DNA from: Octopus vulgaris
Taxonomy: Eukaryota
Length of the DNA stretch: 64,000 nt
Direction: 5' to 3'
Assembly: GCA_951406725.2 (NCBI GenBank)
Contig: OX597820.1
Location: forward strand, 63,612,001 to 63,676,000
Notes under the pieces: model-generated
What the model saw: only the letters and a program-made list of their open reading frames with translations
The model's database searches: none
Told to the model about the DNA's origin: nothing
Position numbers and translations under genes: made by a program
Part shown: positions 1 to 14,121 of the stretch, in pieces
Numbering within the stretch: the stretch's first letter is position 1
Layout of the letters: each line of letters opens with the position of its first letter

Positions 1-2851
1 GAACAAGGTCCACTTCAAAATCCACGGACATTCTGTTATTACTTCAGCATCGAATGCTGTCACAGATGGGCGATTATACTTTGTTAACATGCGACATACT
101 TTCGTATATTGACTTATGTACCACATGGTTGCGTGAGACGCCCACTCTGTTGAATAATACTGAACCATACAGGTCGATGGAGATATATCTAGTATATCGA
201 GCAGATTATGCTACATTGGAGAAGCTCGATCACTGTTTTTCTTATTCATTCTTCCTTTAGTCTCGAGTTGATCCTAACTGAAAAAGGCACTCTGGTTTTA
301 ACAACTTCTCTTCGCAGTCCCAGAAAATCCGAGAAACGGAATATATTAGAAGTCAAAAAGAATCAATTACAAAATTAGGAACGATTAATAAAAATTCAAA
401 GGTCTAAAACATAATTGAAGGATGGTGAGTGCGAATGGCTGCTATTTATAGATGACTGTGTAAGCACTTAGTAGCAGCCATTTTTGCTTCGTACCACCTC
501 ACTACTGCTGTTGTTGCTGCAGTAACCGTTTGACCCCTGGAAACCTTGATCAATTAGACTTGTTATAGAACGGAATCCAACGCACAACATTACTGAACTT
601 GCCCGTGTTTCTAAAAATGTCAATGTGTAATTTGAGTGAGAATTTGAAACTATTTTGTGATGTTCCAATGACCAAGTGGAAGCACTCTCGTTCACTGCTC
701 ACATCTCATCTGATTTAGCTGTGAAGTGAAAGAACAGCAGTTTGAATGTGTTTGCAAATATACAAAATGCTAAACAAATATATTATCAAACATTTAGTCT
801 GGCAACATAATCTGATGGAATGGAAATTCTGGCACGAAATGATGAAGTAATTTAATCTACGGAGACGACTCAATGTCTGGATGATTCACTTGTTTGTAGG
901 TCACATGATTTTGGATGCGTCTACAATATTCAACGAAAATCATGGCCTACAAGCGTATCCTTCTCTTTCTCCCTAGGTATATCTCTCGTACTTACTCTCA
1001 CACGTTCTCCCTCTGTTACACTCTCTATCCCTTACTCATACTCTGTCTGTCTCTGTCTGTCACACACTCTCTCTCTCCCTCTCTCTCTCTCTGCCTTAAT
1101 ATATCTGCTTCTCATTGTCGTTATGTCTGCAAGTCGTTTTCTCTCCATAATTCTTCCTCTTTTAGGAAGGAATATATCTCGAGTTGCTAAATGCGAGTAA
1201 AATAAGCGAAATCTGCTTCAATCGTCAGCTCTCTTTCTTAACTATGAAAGAAATAATTTGACATTGAATCCCCTAATATAGAAATTGACCAAGCCAGGGT
1301 GGATGATAAATAGAATTGTTAGAAGGTCGGACAAAATGCTTTGTGGTACCAATGCCGACTTTCCATGATCAAAGTTAAAATTCCAACCAAAGCCTCAAAT
1401 CCTCCTTATCACATTCATATAAATCCTAAGTCGCCAAGCCGAGAAATCCTCTCAAATCAGCGGCACAAGCATCTCTTTGCTCTGCAATCTGATATATATC
1501 ACATCGTTTCTATACAAGGGAACTATGAACACAGAGGTTTTGAAGATAAAGTGCTGTGAGGATTGAACTCATGAATTTTCTTTATTCTGACTAAACTCAC
1601 AAGAAAATAGCTCCAAGATTCCTTTACAGATTAGACGCGAACAAGGAAACCCCGCTGAGACACACAATGCTACTGTTATAAAGACAGTAAAGTTATGAGT
1701 TGTAGATTTGATTGTTATTGCTGACGGAGATTCCGCGACGACATATGTTCACGATTTGGTGAATGAAATAAAGAGAGGGGGAGAGGAGAAAGGGCGAAAG
1801 AGAGAGAGAGAGAGAGAGAGAGAGTGTGTGTGTGTGTGCGTATGTGTCTTTATATGGGTGTCTCTATATATATGTGCGCGTTCGTGTGTATATGTGTGTG
1901 GGTTTATGTGCGTGTATTGCGTTACTCTGCATGTGTATGTGTGCGGTTACGTGTGTGTTCGTGTGTGTGTGTACGTTTGTCTCTCTGTGTGTGTATGCGT
2001 GTGTGCGCGCACGTTTGTATACTTTATGTTCAAGATATATGTGAATAAGGTATGAAAATAAAAATTACACATACATTCAAATATATATTTGGACATACAC
2101 ACATGCACGCACATACCTGTATGCCTAGAAACATTCCTATATAATTTAAATATACAAGTTTGTGTGTGTATGTGTGTGTGTTTGCATGTATGTATATATA
2201 TGAATGTATGTATATATGCATGTATGTATGTATGTAGGTATGTACACACATGTTTATAAAACTGAGGATAGGAAGCGAACAAGCAACAAGTTAAAGAAGA
2301 ATATATATATCCGTAAAAGTATTACGTCGTAGAAATAAGTAACTACTTCGGAGAAAATCTTTTTATTTATTTTTTTTTTTTGCTAGAAATACACATCATA
2401 GACTATTGCTTCCTATTTCTTTACACAAAGATTGAGATGGAAAAGTTAGAAATTTTCTACGCTGCGTAAAGCACTAACTTATTTCATAACATTTTGAGAA
2501 CTTTTATTGAACTTATTCAAAGCATATTAGTTACTGCAGGGAGAAAAGTATGTATATGTTTGTGGATAGGAAGGAAGGATGGATGATATCTTCTGAAGGT
2601 TATTTCACTTCCAAAGGAATTAACAACCTCGTGGAAGTGAATTGGCTTCAAAGGGTTTTGAAAACAGCCTCATAGATTTAGCACTCCACAAACCTATTGC
2701 TTGTTTGCTCTATGGCGCCGAAGAAAATTCAAAGAATGTTAAAATATACTAAAGACACACGGAATAAAACGCTTACAATCAACAAACAACAAAACTACTA
2801 GTAACATGTTTTCAAGTAAGCAGTATGCGAGCGTATAATACACACATATAC

Positions 2852-2923
<72 letters not shown>

Positions 2924-3082
2924 GTATATATATATATATATATATAAATATATATATGTATGTATATATATATATGTATATATAAGTATATATGCATATA
3001 TAAGTATATATGTATATATAAGTATATATGCATATATATGTATAAATGTATATATGTATATGTATAAATGTATATATATGTA

Positions 3083-3134
<52 letters not shown>

Positions 3135-3819
3135 ACATAGGCACAATGATATAAACACAAGCTCACACATGCACACACAAATTTACAAACACACATGAAT
3201 ATATATGTATGTATATGCCTTCTCAGGTAAAGTGCTTGCGTTCATGTAACTTTCTTTTGTTCTCGCAACTTACCGGAATTATATGCGTACTTGCATATAT
3301 AAATTCATTCACAAATGTGCTTATTCGGGCTCTTTGTGTTACGAGTTCAAATCACGCTGTATTATTTCTCACAGATCTAAAAAGATCAAGTGGCCCTTGT
3401 GTATAATTAATGGAATACATTCTACAGCATGCATCCGGGCCATGTCTCCGGTTAGATGATACCTTCAATACTACCTCCTTCACACCCAGCAAAACTGGAC
3501 GGTTGCTGAAAGTTATTCTGTACTGCATTTACTCTTGACAAAGCAGCGAAAGTAAATAAGAGGTTGCTTTAAATGTACGCAACTGACAAATATTGGCATA
3601 AAGTCCCATGGTGGATTAAGTCTCACAACCAAGAACGCAAACAGTTCATCCGATGCTTTCTTTTTTTTATCCTCCTCAGAACTTAACTATCCAACTTACA
3701 TGTAGAACCATCATGTTTTAGATGAACAATAAAGAAAATATCTGAAACGGAAAGACACATTTCTAATACATACATCCATATACACACACACATATGTGTG
3801 TTTATATATATATATAAAA

Positions 3820-3854
<35 letters not shown>

Positions 3855-3988
3855 TGTATGTATGTATGTATGTATGTATGTATCTATCTATCTATTTATC
3901 TATATATATATATATGTAATTATCTATCCATCCCTATCCATCTATCTATATATATATGTATCTATCTATCTATCTATCTATCTATTTA

Positions 3989-4027
<39 letters not shown>

Positions 4028-4094
4028 TTACTCTTTTACTCGTTTTAACCATGCAGCTGCGGTCTTGCTGGAGCACTACCGTAGTCTTTCTGAT

Positions 4095-4480
4095 TTCCTC
4101 AGTCTGGGGTGTTTCATACACCACTCCTGTATGTGCCTTTGTTGCAGCTGTTAGCCCATTTGGTGTATTGGGAATTTTGATTCCACTTCCCTCGTCTGCA
4201 TATCATGTCGGGGTGTTAGTTCATCCAGGATTTTGGTGAGAGGATGTCTAGGTTGTTCTTCAAGACATCTGCTTCCACCTTAATTTTTGTGGCAGAGCAT
4301 TGAAGAACTGTGGGCCTTTGAACTTTAAAACGTTTGCAGTACCTGGTCATGAGTATAGATGGAGTGGACCATACCCCTGGTACAATACAATGGATAGCCA
4401 GTTCTGTTTTTGTACAACACTCAATGCCGAAATTATGTACTAGTCCTTCTAGGGTTATTCATATATAGGTTATTATATGT
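4095..4480 (-). mobile_element. Degenerate 3' end of a CR1/L2-group LINE (ORF2 C-terminus plus 3' UTR)
   Basis: Minus-strand translation with frameshifts gives ...LEGLVHNFGIE...HCIVP...TRYC...FKGPQFFNALP...VEADVLKNNLDIL, resembling the post-RT tail of the CR1-like ORF at 60257-61018. Boundaries approximate. Confidence 0.6.
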
Positions 4481-5204
4481 GTATTATTTTACTCAAATCT
4501 CAGCTTCTCTCGCTGTGTCTTTGCCGGCCAGTTGCAATTTGTATACTTTTGATGATGATCGTTGTCATTAGCAGAATTGCTTATCTACATCGCTCACCGT
4601 AAAGTGTCCCATCATGCACCAGTTATTACACTTGATGCGCGCTTTAGTAATATGCACCTACAGAGTCAATTCCTCAAGCATAATGTCCACGTAAGTGAAG
4701 TGAAATAGCAGCAAGCCAGCAAGACGGCAAGCGACGAAGAAAGATTGCTCAATCCACGCAATAGTCAGCTAGTGAGAAGAAAAGTAGATCCATAGATATT
4801 TCGTATTTGTGACGATAGCCATAGCATCAGTTTGTGATGAATGAATATGGTGATCTGGTGATTGGTATATTCAAATTGCATTTGGTGGTAAGATTGGGAC
4901 ATAGTAGTAGTAACGGTAGTGTCGTGGGAAAATGAAGGCCTATTGATTAAATTGGCAGAGGCAAAATGAAATTTGAAAGACAGTGAGTGAGCGTGTAGCT
5001 AGCTGCCCGTGGCGTACTATGGGAGTTAGTTATAAAAAAAAGAAAGGTTGTTCAGTGAATGCAGTAGTGAGCTGGTAGAAGAAGAGTAGTGTAAAGTTTT
5101 GAAAATTGTGACAAAACTGAGTTTACACTGTACACTATAAACAAAAAAAGCTTGCATTTACTCGTTCTATTAGAATAAAGGTGCTAAAACGTGGGTTGAC
5201 AATC

Positions 5205-5320
5205 ACTTACGGCCATATCACGTTGAAAGCACCGGTTCTCGTCCGATCACCGAAGTTAAAACAACATCGAACCTACTGAGTACTTAGGTGACCGCTTGGG
5301 AAACGTAGGTGCTGTAAGCG
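5205..5320 (+). pseudogene. 5S rRNA pseudogene (solitary copy)
   Basis: acttacggccatatcacgttgaaagcaccggttctcgtccgatcaccgaagttaaaacaacatcg...agtacttaggtgaccgcttgggaaacgtaggtgctgtaagc matches metazoan 5S rRNA end to end, with terminal helix cttac/gtaag. A few nt of the GGATGGGTGACC box C region are deleted and no oligo-T terminator follows directly. Confidence 0.88.
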
Positions 5321-5986
5321 TCTCACTCTTCTTATTATCGGTTTTGTGTTCTTTTTTAGAAAGAATTTTGTAGGATTTCACCTATGCTACTATCAGCTTC
5401 AATTTCAAAGTAAGTTTACAGTAGGATTGATCTTTTGTTTTCCTTCTTGTCTGTATTTTCTTTATTTCTATCAGTTCTATTTCGAGCGGCGTCGACCGTT
5501 CTCTTCTGCATTTGCGTCATCTATGCTCTACGCTACTTTATCATTATTGCAGCAGATTAATTAACAATAATGATTTACGTGGATTTCAACATTTCCGCAA
5601 GTTTTTCATCACTTCGTTACAGCCTGTTGCACAGAGTTTTTCTGAATATTTTATCTTCGATTCTCCGTTGATTGTTTCATCTGTACCTGCTAAGCTTTTT
5701 CCCCTTTGATTTGACAGTACCTCCCTTCCTAAAATAATCGAAGGCAATCGACAAAGTAAGAGAGCCGAGTAAAATGATTCTGAACATATATTTGGATAAG
5801 ATGAAGTTTATGTGTTGGGCAAGATTCAGCAGGGAGACAATATACTGTGGTAAGAGAAATGTATTCGGAGCCAGATGTATTAGATCAAGGTATTTCCTTC
5901 AACGCTCTGTGTATATGTATATATATATATACAGAGAGAGAAAGAGAGACATATGTATACATATATATATATATATGCATATATTT

Positions 5987-6025
<39 letters not shown>

Positions 6026-6317
6026 CATACATATTTACATATGTATATATATATGTACAGTTATATATGTATATATATGTATATATATATATGCATGTAT
6101 GTGTGTATACGTGTATATACGTATATATACTGCTATGTCTGTGTGTATATGTGTGTGTGCGTGCGTGTGCGTGCGTGTGTTTGTAGGGAGAGAAAAACAG
6201 AAAAAAAGAGAGACAAAGAAAATACGTAGGTGAATATATAAATATATATATATATACATAGTTTCAAAATCATAAATACATACGTAAGTAAATGATAAAC
6301 GAACATTCAGCCATTCG

Positions 6318-6366
<49 letters not shown>

Positions 6367-6759
6367 ATAAACACATATATTTAACATTCTTCAGTCTAGT
6401 TTCTTATCCAAATTTAGGGTGTCTGCCCAGTAGACCATTTCAATATTGTTGTCGTAGAATTGAAACTAACACGATATATTTAAAGATCTAATCTCTCTAT
6501 AAGTAGACAGGGATGAATATATGGCGTCCTATTTTATTAGCAAATTTTATTACAGTGAAAATAACGGAGTTATTTGGTCAGGTGGGCATGCGTATACACA
6601 ATTATATGAATGTTTTAGCAATTAAACTATATTTACGACTGCAATTTTTGATATGATTATCAATGTACCTCTGAACACGCGCGCACACATACAAACACAC
6701 ATATTCTCTCCGTATGCATGTGTGTGTGTGTGTGTGTGTATAGATTGTATATATACGTA

Positions 6760-6801
<42 letters not shown>

Positions 6802-6855
6802 CGTATATATATATATATATATACACATATATATATATTTATATTTATATATATA

Positions 6856-6894
<39 letters not shown>

Positions 6895-6927
6895 GATATA
6901 TATATATATTTATATATATATATATAT

Positions 6928-7132
6928 AGTTAATCCAAATATGAAAACATAAAGAGAAAATACAACAACGCGAGGACGTGGAACAAGTATATTATTATTG
7001 GACGCTCAGGAAAGAAGGAAAGAAGGAGGTTTTAAGGTTTCGAGCGGAGCTTTTCGTCAGAAACATAGGAAAAGGAAAGATCCAAAGGGAAGACGGAGGA
7101 AAAAATTCGCCAACGGTACGCACGCGGTCACA
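6928..7132 (-). mobile_element. Penelope pseudo-LTR / retrozyme-like fragment (family A) inserted in (TA)n
   Basis: About 200 bp of non-microsatellite sequence between two (TA)n tracts. It contains a hammerhead-like motif and is colinear with 36335-36506 on the opposite strand (tttgga.ctttt.cc...gacga...gaaac.tta...gcgtc...cttgt.ccacg.cctc). Confidence 0.6.
7029..7064 (-). ncRNA. Degenerate minimal type I hammerhead ribozyme
   Basis: Minus strand: GTTT-CTGACGA-AAAGC tcc GCTC-GAAA-CCT-TA-AAAC. Stem I GTTT/AAAC and both core boxes are present; stem II is partly mismatched and stem III is disrupted (CCT instead of the CGT seen at 36406). Confidence 0.5.
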
Positions 7133-7134
7133 TT

Positions 7135-7165
<31 letters not shown>

Positions 7166-7333
7166 TTACATATACATGCATATATATATATATATAGATA
7201 GTATATCTCTATCTATATCTGTCCATATATCTATCTATCTTTCTCTCTCTCACTCTCTCTCTCTCTATGTATATATATATTTCTGTATAGAGTAACAATA
7301 GACAGACAGACAGATAGTCAGACAGTCAGACGC

Positions 7334-7388
<55 letters not shown>

Positions 7389-8599
7389 TAGAGATATGTC
7401 TGTATATAGGTTTTGTGGTTGTGAAATGTCTCGAAGTTGCTGATATAAATGTGTGATTGTACTTGTACATAGTGAATTAATATAATTGTGACGAGTCACG
7501 TAATTTTACGTTGGAAATTATAATCGCAGTTTAATAAATACAGATAGGATTAACAAAATAACAAACTGAAAATAGTCTATTCGTCTCAATGCGACCAACA
7601 ACAGAACAGCCAATACAATACCACAGCATGTTCGCAATTCAGTACATATGTATAGTTATAAACAGACTCACACTCGCATGTACACACACGCACGTATACA
7701 TACCTGAAAACATACATTAATATATTCATACATATAGGTCCATATATACTTGGGTGTATGCATATGGAGGTACACATATCCATGCTTACATATATACAGA
7801 TTCAGCCACTTATACATACTTATACACTAGAGCGTACATCTGGTCCATATACACATATATTATTTTACAAAAAAAATTCCGCGTTTATGCCGAAGTAAAA
7901 CAAACTATTTTTAAAACAACGGAACGTCTTTAATCTTACTGATCATGTTTGTCACCCTGGAAAGAAACTCTTCCTGCTATTCCTCTTAATGCTAATTCGT
8001 AAGAAAACAACAGCGCAGCAATAACCGCACTGCTTCCTATTCAAACCCCAACGACCACTGTGATTTACCTAAAACAAATAGAAAGTGTTACTCTTCAAAG
8101 GAGCGTTTGTAATATAATCGTTCTTCAGAAGCGGAACGATGTTCATAACTCTTTCACCTTTTATACATGGACAGAATTATTAGCATTACCCTTTCTAAAC
8201 ACTTGGTTACAAACAGTAGATATTAAAACTCATAACTTTTACTTTAGTAATATTATCAAATACTTAAAGCATACAGCAGAACGCATCTTTCAAATTTTCA
8301 AGGGACAGGCGGCGTACTTCAATATCTTTGATTTTTGAAAAATTCTGTGATATTGAACGCGTTGTTGGTAATCTTCAGAAAAGAAAGCAGCTTTTAAAAT
8401 TCTATTCAAGCTAAGTAAGAGGTCTATAGAAGCCATGTAGTATTGCAAATCTTAAATGAATATAATTGTCATTGAATATTAGCTATATAGTAATCAAATT
8501 TGTTAAAGGAAAGTAAGAAAAAAAAGAGATGAAATAAATGTTTTTCATAAATGTAATCAATTTTGTATTTTTTTCTTAAAGATATATTTTTTTTCATGA

Positions 8600-9150
8600 A
8601 GATATTCAAGCGAAATTGTCTGCGATACGTAGGAAAGTAAAGTGTTTTTAAAATTTTTTTTTAAATGTGGCATATATTAGAATCTTTATAACATATCAGA
8701 AATATTTGTCCCTTTAAATAAACAGTGGAATGCAGTGCTGTTAAGCACCAACAAGCAAATATAGACCAGAGTACAAATACAGTTGGATCCCATTGGAGTA
8801 CGAGAAAGTGTTGGAAAATTTTGCTCAACTGTAATTATCAAAGCAATTAATAGACAAAAACTTTATCTGTAAACATAATTACGGTAAGAAAAGTTAATCG
8901 AATTTTCGTTTGATACAGAAAATATGGATTCCAGTGGTTTTCGTCTTTAAAGCCAACTTGCAAAAGCAACCGGAATGTTTTCCTTTATTAAGCTACTCTT
9001 ATTAGAGTGAACAATTTTTCATGACATCTATCACACTTGTCCCGTCAAAATTAACTCAATTTTTTTTAATACTGTCATGAGCAGGTATTTATTTTGATCA
9101 CTGCCTTCGATATAAAGTCGACCATGATATATCTAATATCACAAACCTTA
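8600..9150 (-). pseudogene. Possible highly decayed hAT transposase remnant
   Basis: Scattered minus-strand peptides in the expected order: DGTSVIDV..NCSL (cf. DESTDVSNCAQL), ALKTKTTGIHIF (cf. LKGTTTGEDIF), TAFHCLF (cf. FHCIIH). Many stops and frameshifts. Confidence 0.3.
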
Positions 9151-9791
9151 AGCAACTTGTAACCTTCAGTAAATTTCTGATAGTTTTCTCTCCATCACCT
9201 GCGTCAAGAACTCAATTACGGAACGTGGCTTCTGCATGAAACCAATTATGGCTCTGGGACTAAGAAATATTCAACGAAGAGGTATTTTAAAAGAAATGTC
9301 ATTCTCCCAACATTTATTTTAGTTGATGCAAAATTATATCACTTTCGCATTAGTTTCGGATCGAACAGTGTAAAAATCGAAGATAGTTATATTGTTAAAT
9401 TAAATTTCTTCATTCACAAAGATATATAGGAATAAATATTGCAACATTTTGTCGTGAGAAAATTACACTATATATATTTATATGTGCGTGTGTGTATGTG
9501 TCCAGTGTTCCAGATAACCAATTTGTCTTTTTGTATAGAGAAAGTCAATTATAGAGGATAGTTGATAATTGGAATTATCATCCCTTCTCATTTGCAATTG
9601 ATATAAATTACATATGCCACCTAGCGAGTCACGTGCCCTTTCTCAAAGCTGAGATAAATTTCAATAAATAAAGTGTTTACTTTGCATATTATTTAAAATA
9701 CCCATATTCCTTTAAATATATATATTCATATACATATACATATACACATACACACACACACAAGCACACGTGCGCGTACACACATACATGC

Positions 9792-9849
<58 letters not shown>

Positions 9850-10483
9850 TTGCGCTCTCAGAACGAAAGGAAAGGTTCTCCATTCCAACTGAACTCACTT
9901 AAATCTTCTATCACCTCTTTATTGGAATAATAGTATTAAAATAAACTCTCTTTCAAACAGCCGGTTTTAAACTATAGAATAAACCAGGGGGGTCTTGATA
10001 TCAAGGAGGTGTCATAATAGAAAATGGAAATGGTAAGTATAAAACATCCGCAAAACCTAAGCCACTTCACCAAATATTTTCGTGTAATATTTAAAGGTTA
10101 TCTGCATGAATCGCTTTCTATATAATATTGTGATTCTACGAACGGCAATGGGTTACAAACACGATTCTACAGCTGATCCCCCAATTAGTGTTGCTAAAGA
10201 AATAAATAATAACATGGATCTGTGGTTGTATACAACTAAGACAACACGAAAAACATAAAAGAGTCACGACTGAAGGCAACGTTCCATTGTTGTATTATTA
10301 ATCCGTGATGGTTAAAACGAACGAAACACATGCACACGCGCCCACACACACACAAACACACATACACATGCACTCACGCACATACATATGCATACCTAGT
10401 GTATAGCCTCACACATATAACTGCTATAACTGCATACATTCATACATACACACAGACACACACACACACATATGTATATATAA

Positions 10484-10524
<41 letters not shown>

Positions 10525-10539
10525 TATATATATACACAC

Positions 10540-10615
<76 letters not shown>

Positions 10616-11151
10616 GCATACATTCAGCTAGATAAATAACTTGCTAAGTTCACACACACACATAGCTAAATACTCAGAAATACTTCAACGCGCGTGCGCA
10701 TACACCCACAGATCTCTGCATACATACAAGTGTGTTTGTGAGTGTGTGTGTCTGTTTGTGTGTGTGTGTGCACTCGCGTGTTGTAGTTACAAAACACATG
10801 CTTTCGAGTTTCATCCTTCAAATAACAGGTTCCTTTTCCTGTCTTGCTAATATTTTCTTAAAGGTTTCTCGACGAAAATACTTTTCAATGCCGTGCTTTC
10901 TGCTTAGAGTAAGAAGAACCCATGAGCTTTTTTCCTAAGAAATTATTGGTGGAATATATATATTTTTTTGCGTTTATAATTTATACACAATTACGCAGGG
11001 TTTATTTCTGTTTATGGTAAGGTGTTACTAACTTATACAAATTTCAATTTTGTAGGTGAACGTCGTTCATAACCAATGTTTTTCTTTCGTAGGTACTTCT
11101 GTAAAGTATAAATATATTGTGAAAAAACGATTTCCAATATAATTATGGTTT

Positions 11152-11452
11152 GGTACTTGTATCGCAGAGTGGACCCGGTTTGCGCACACGCGCACACGCG
11201 CGTCCGTGCTAGCCAGACGTAGGCAGTCGATCCTACAACTGACTGGCGCACGCACGATATATACGATATATACTTGTATCGATATATACGTGTATACGAT
11301 ATATACTTGTATATATACGATATATACTTGTATATACAAGTATATATCTTATATATCGTGCGTGCGCCAGTCAGCTTGTAGGATCGACTGCCTACGTCTG
11401 GCTAGCGCGGACGCGTGTGTGCAAACTGGGACCACTCTGCGATACAAGTACC
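11152..11452. mobile_element. Foldback MITE with long TIRs and 9-bp TSD (Mutator/MULE-like)
   Basis: Starts ggtacttgtatcgcagagtgg and ends ccactctgcgatacaagtacc. Arms over 100 bp are near-perfect reverse complements around an internal tatatacttgta-type repeat. TTATGGTTT is duplicated exactly at 11143-11151 and 11453-11461. Confidence 0.9.
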
Positions 11453-11713
11453 TTATGGTTTTTGTTGTATGGCGTATTGCAATGGATGTGATCCTTGTTT
11501 ACCCCGACGTTATTCTAGCGGAAGGTCACAGTGCTTATACGTCCGATATATTATTCGTAGACATGTAGTATACATCATTCATGTTTCAAGTTGAATTCGT
11601 TTGCCACATTAATCATTGATAGTTTGGAGGTGAGCAGGATTGTAGACACTTATCAATAAGAAGAGTTTACCTGTGAATGCCAGTGATAAGATTACTTTGT
11701 AGAAAGTGATTTA

Positions 11714-12120
11714 GGCGCAAGAGTGGCTGTGTGGTAAGTAGGTTGCTTACCAACCACATGGTTCCGGGTTCATTCCCACTGCGTGGCACCTTGGGCGACA
11801 GTCTTCTACTACAGCCTCGTGCCGACCAAAGCCTTGTAAGTGGATTTGGTAGACGGAAACTGAAAAAATCCCATCCTATATATATATATGTATGTGTGTG
11901 TATATGTTTGTGTGTCTGTGTTTGTCTCCCCAACATCGCCTGGCAACCGATGCTGGTGTGTTTACGTCCACGTAACTTAGCGATTCAGCAAAAGAGCCCG
12001 ATAGAATAAGTACTAGGCTTCCAAAGTATAAGTCCTGGGGTCGATTTGCTCGACTAAAGACTGTGCTCCAATATGGCCGTAGTCAAATAACTGAAAGAAG
12101 TAAAAGAGAGAAAGAGAGTA
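11714..12120 (+). mobile_element. Full-length tRNA-derived SINE (family 1) with internal (TA)/(TG) microsatellite
   Basis: tRNA-like head with A box tggctgtgtggt and B box ggttcattccc; body ggcaccttgggc...ggatttggtagacggaaactgaa; internal tatata/gtgt tract; tail gtcaaataactgaaagaagtaaaagag. Homologous segments recur at 13105-13165, 21095-21240, 26483-26775, 51990-52340 and 52990-53150. Confidence 0.85.
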
Positions 12121-13523
12121 TTTACCCCATATAAAAACATTGAATAAACAATATGGGGGTGATTTTCGTAGTATTTTTCTATTCATTCAAATATCAGACG
12201 TGTTATGTGAATGAAACAGTTGGCCATTCGCCCATATTTTCTATATAATTTCAAATTATGGAAGTTACACACACATTTTCTGTGCACGTCATGTTCTATG
12301 AAAAGACGAAATCTTGGTGAACATGCCGTAAATGAAACTGGGGTAGTAAAAATAGCCATCCATATAATTGACCTAATGCATATACACCGTTAATCGACCC
12401 GTTAACTCAGTACTCATCCCGAGAAAACATTTCTTATGGACATGTTGAGGGAAATACATAATAGATATCTAAGTAACACGAACGATTGCACCAGCAGCAA
12501 CTAGCTGCAAGACAAGTACTTTTGCCCCTGGGAGTACCTCAATGCAAGATATTATCTCAAGTAGACTACCACGGTAACTGGCCTGTGAACTGTTTATACA
12601 GCCTTAAACTGTATATACATTAGCTATGATACATAGATGGCCACGTTGAACAACTAAGAGATATATTCAAACGATATTGTTTTGTAGGAATAATTTTTAA
12701 TCTAAAGATATTTTTACAAAGAGTAAAAAAATCTCGAAGAATTTGTTTACGATTTACCTGAAAAAATTGTTAGGATACATTCACATGTGCTTACATACAT
12801 TTGTACTTATCTAAATACATTCATGCATGTATATGAGTATGTGTGTGTATGTAAAAAATATTTGCATATCATAGACACACACTCGTACGCACATTTATTT
12901 ATTTATATATACATACACATATATACATATGCACATGTGTGTATGTATCTTCCTCTGTGTGTATGTGTTTGTGTGTCCGTGTGTGTGCGTCTGTGCGTGT
13001 GAGTGGGAGTGTGTGTGTGTGCAATACAATAAAAATACAACTCCAAATTACCTAACGTTAAAGTTTAACAAACATGAAAAAAGTGTAAACAAGTGAAAAA
13101 GTGCAAGGCGGTGCACCAGCATGGCCGCAGTCAAATGACTGAAACAAGTAAAAGAATGAAAGAATAAATTACAATATAGTTGTGTAGATAAACACTTTTA
13201 CAAATGTCCCTTAAGAAACAGCACATAACGCATTACATCAAAGCAAACAATTAATATACAAAAAAAAAAAAGGAATAAAACTACAAAAATAATAATAATA
13301 AAACATAGTTTTATGAATGACAAACTCGAGAAACTGAGAACACACTACTGATAATCAATGCCATTATTACTACCCTGACTGTGAATGGGAAAATATAAAC
13401 GCCTGGGCTCACACTGGTATACGTTTGTGACTGTGCTTTTTTCCCGGTGACGGGAGAAAGTAATTGTTTGCGGAAAGCCATTCTTGCAGTCGTGAACTGT
13501 TGAAATATTGAACTTATTAAAGC

Positions 13524-14116
13524 CGTTGTAGGATTTATTGACGTGCTAAACCCACCCACCCTAACGGCGGTGGGATTTGAACTGTTATCCTCATTAAGAG
13601 GAAAGAAATATTATAGGTTTCCCGGTTTTGGGGATAATCAATTTATTACTACGTGAAAAAATATATTTTAGCTGTTGTAGGCTCTATTTTGGCACCCGCC
13701 CCTAGCGTGTGTGAGATTTGAACTGTTGTCCTCGTTGTGAGGGAAAAAAATATTATAGGTTTCCCGTTTTTGAGATACTGTATTTTTATTACTGTGTGAA
13801 CAATTTAATTTCGAACGTTGTAGGCTTTGTTGTTACATCTCGCCCCCTCCCCCCCAAGCGGGGTGAGATTTGAACTGTTGTCCTCTTTGTGTGAAAAAAA
13901 TATTATAGGTTTCCCGTTTTTTGGTATTCTGTATTTTTATTATTGTGTGGAAAAAAAAAAAAAATTTTGAAGGTTGTAGGCTTTGTTGTTACGTCTAGAC
14001 CCCTCCCCCCATCGGGGGTGGGATTTGAACTTTTGTCCTCGTTGAGAGATAAAAAAAGTAAAACATTATAGGATTCCCATTTTCTGGGATTAAATTGTGT
14101 AAAAATTTATTTCGAA
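13524..14116 (+). repeat. Four diverged tandem units of about 145-155 bp directly upstream of the Tx1-like ORF1
   Basis: Each unit reads ttgtagg...C-rich...gtg(g/a)gatttgaactgttgtcctc...aaaatattataggtttcccg...ttattac. Units start near 13526, 13675, 13818 and 13974. Confidence 0.85.
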
Positions 14117-14121
14117 CAAAT

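Noticed and set aside
13524-14116. CRISPR-like repeat-spacer array
   Set aside because: Units are homologous along their whole length with no unique spacers, the context is eukaryotic, and there are no cas genes.
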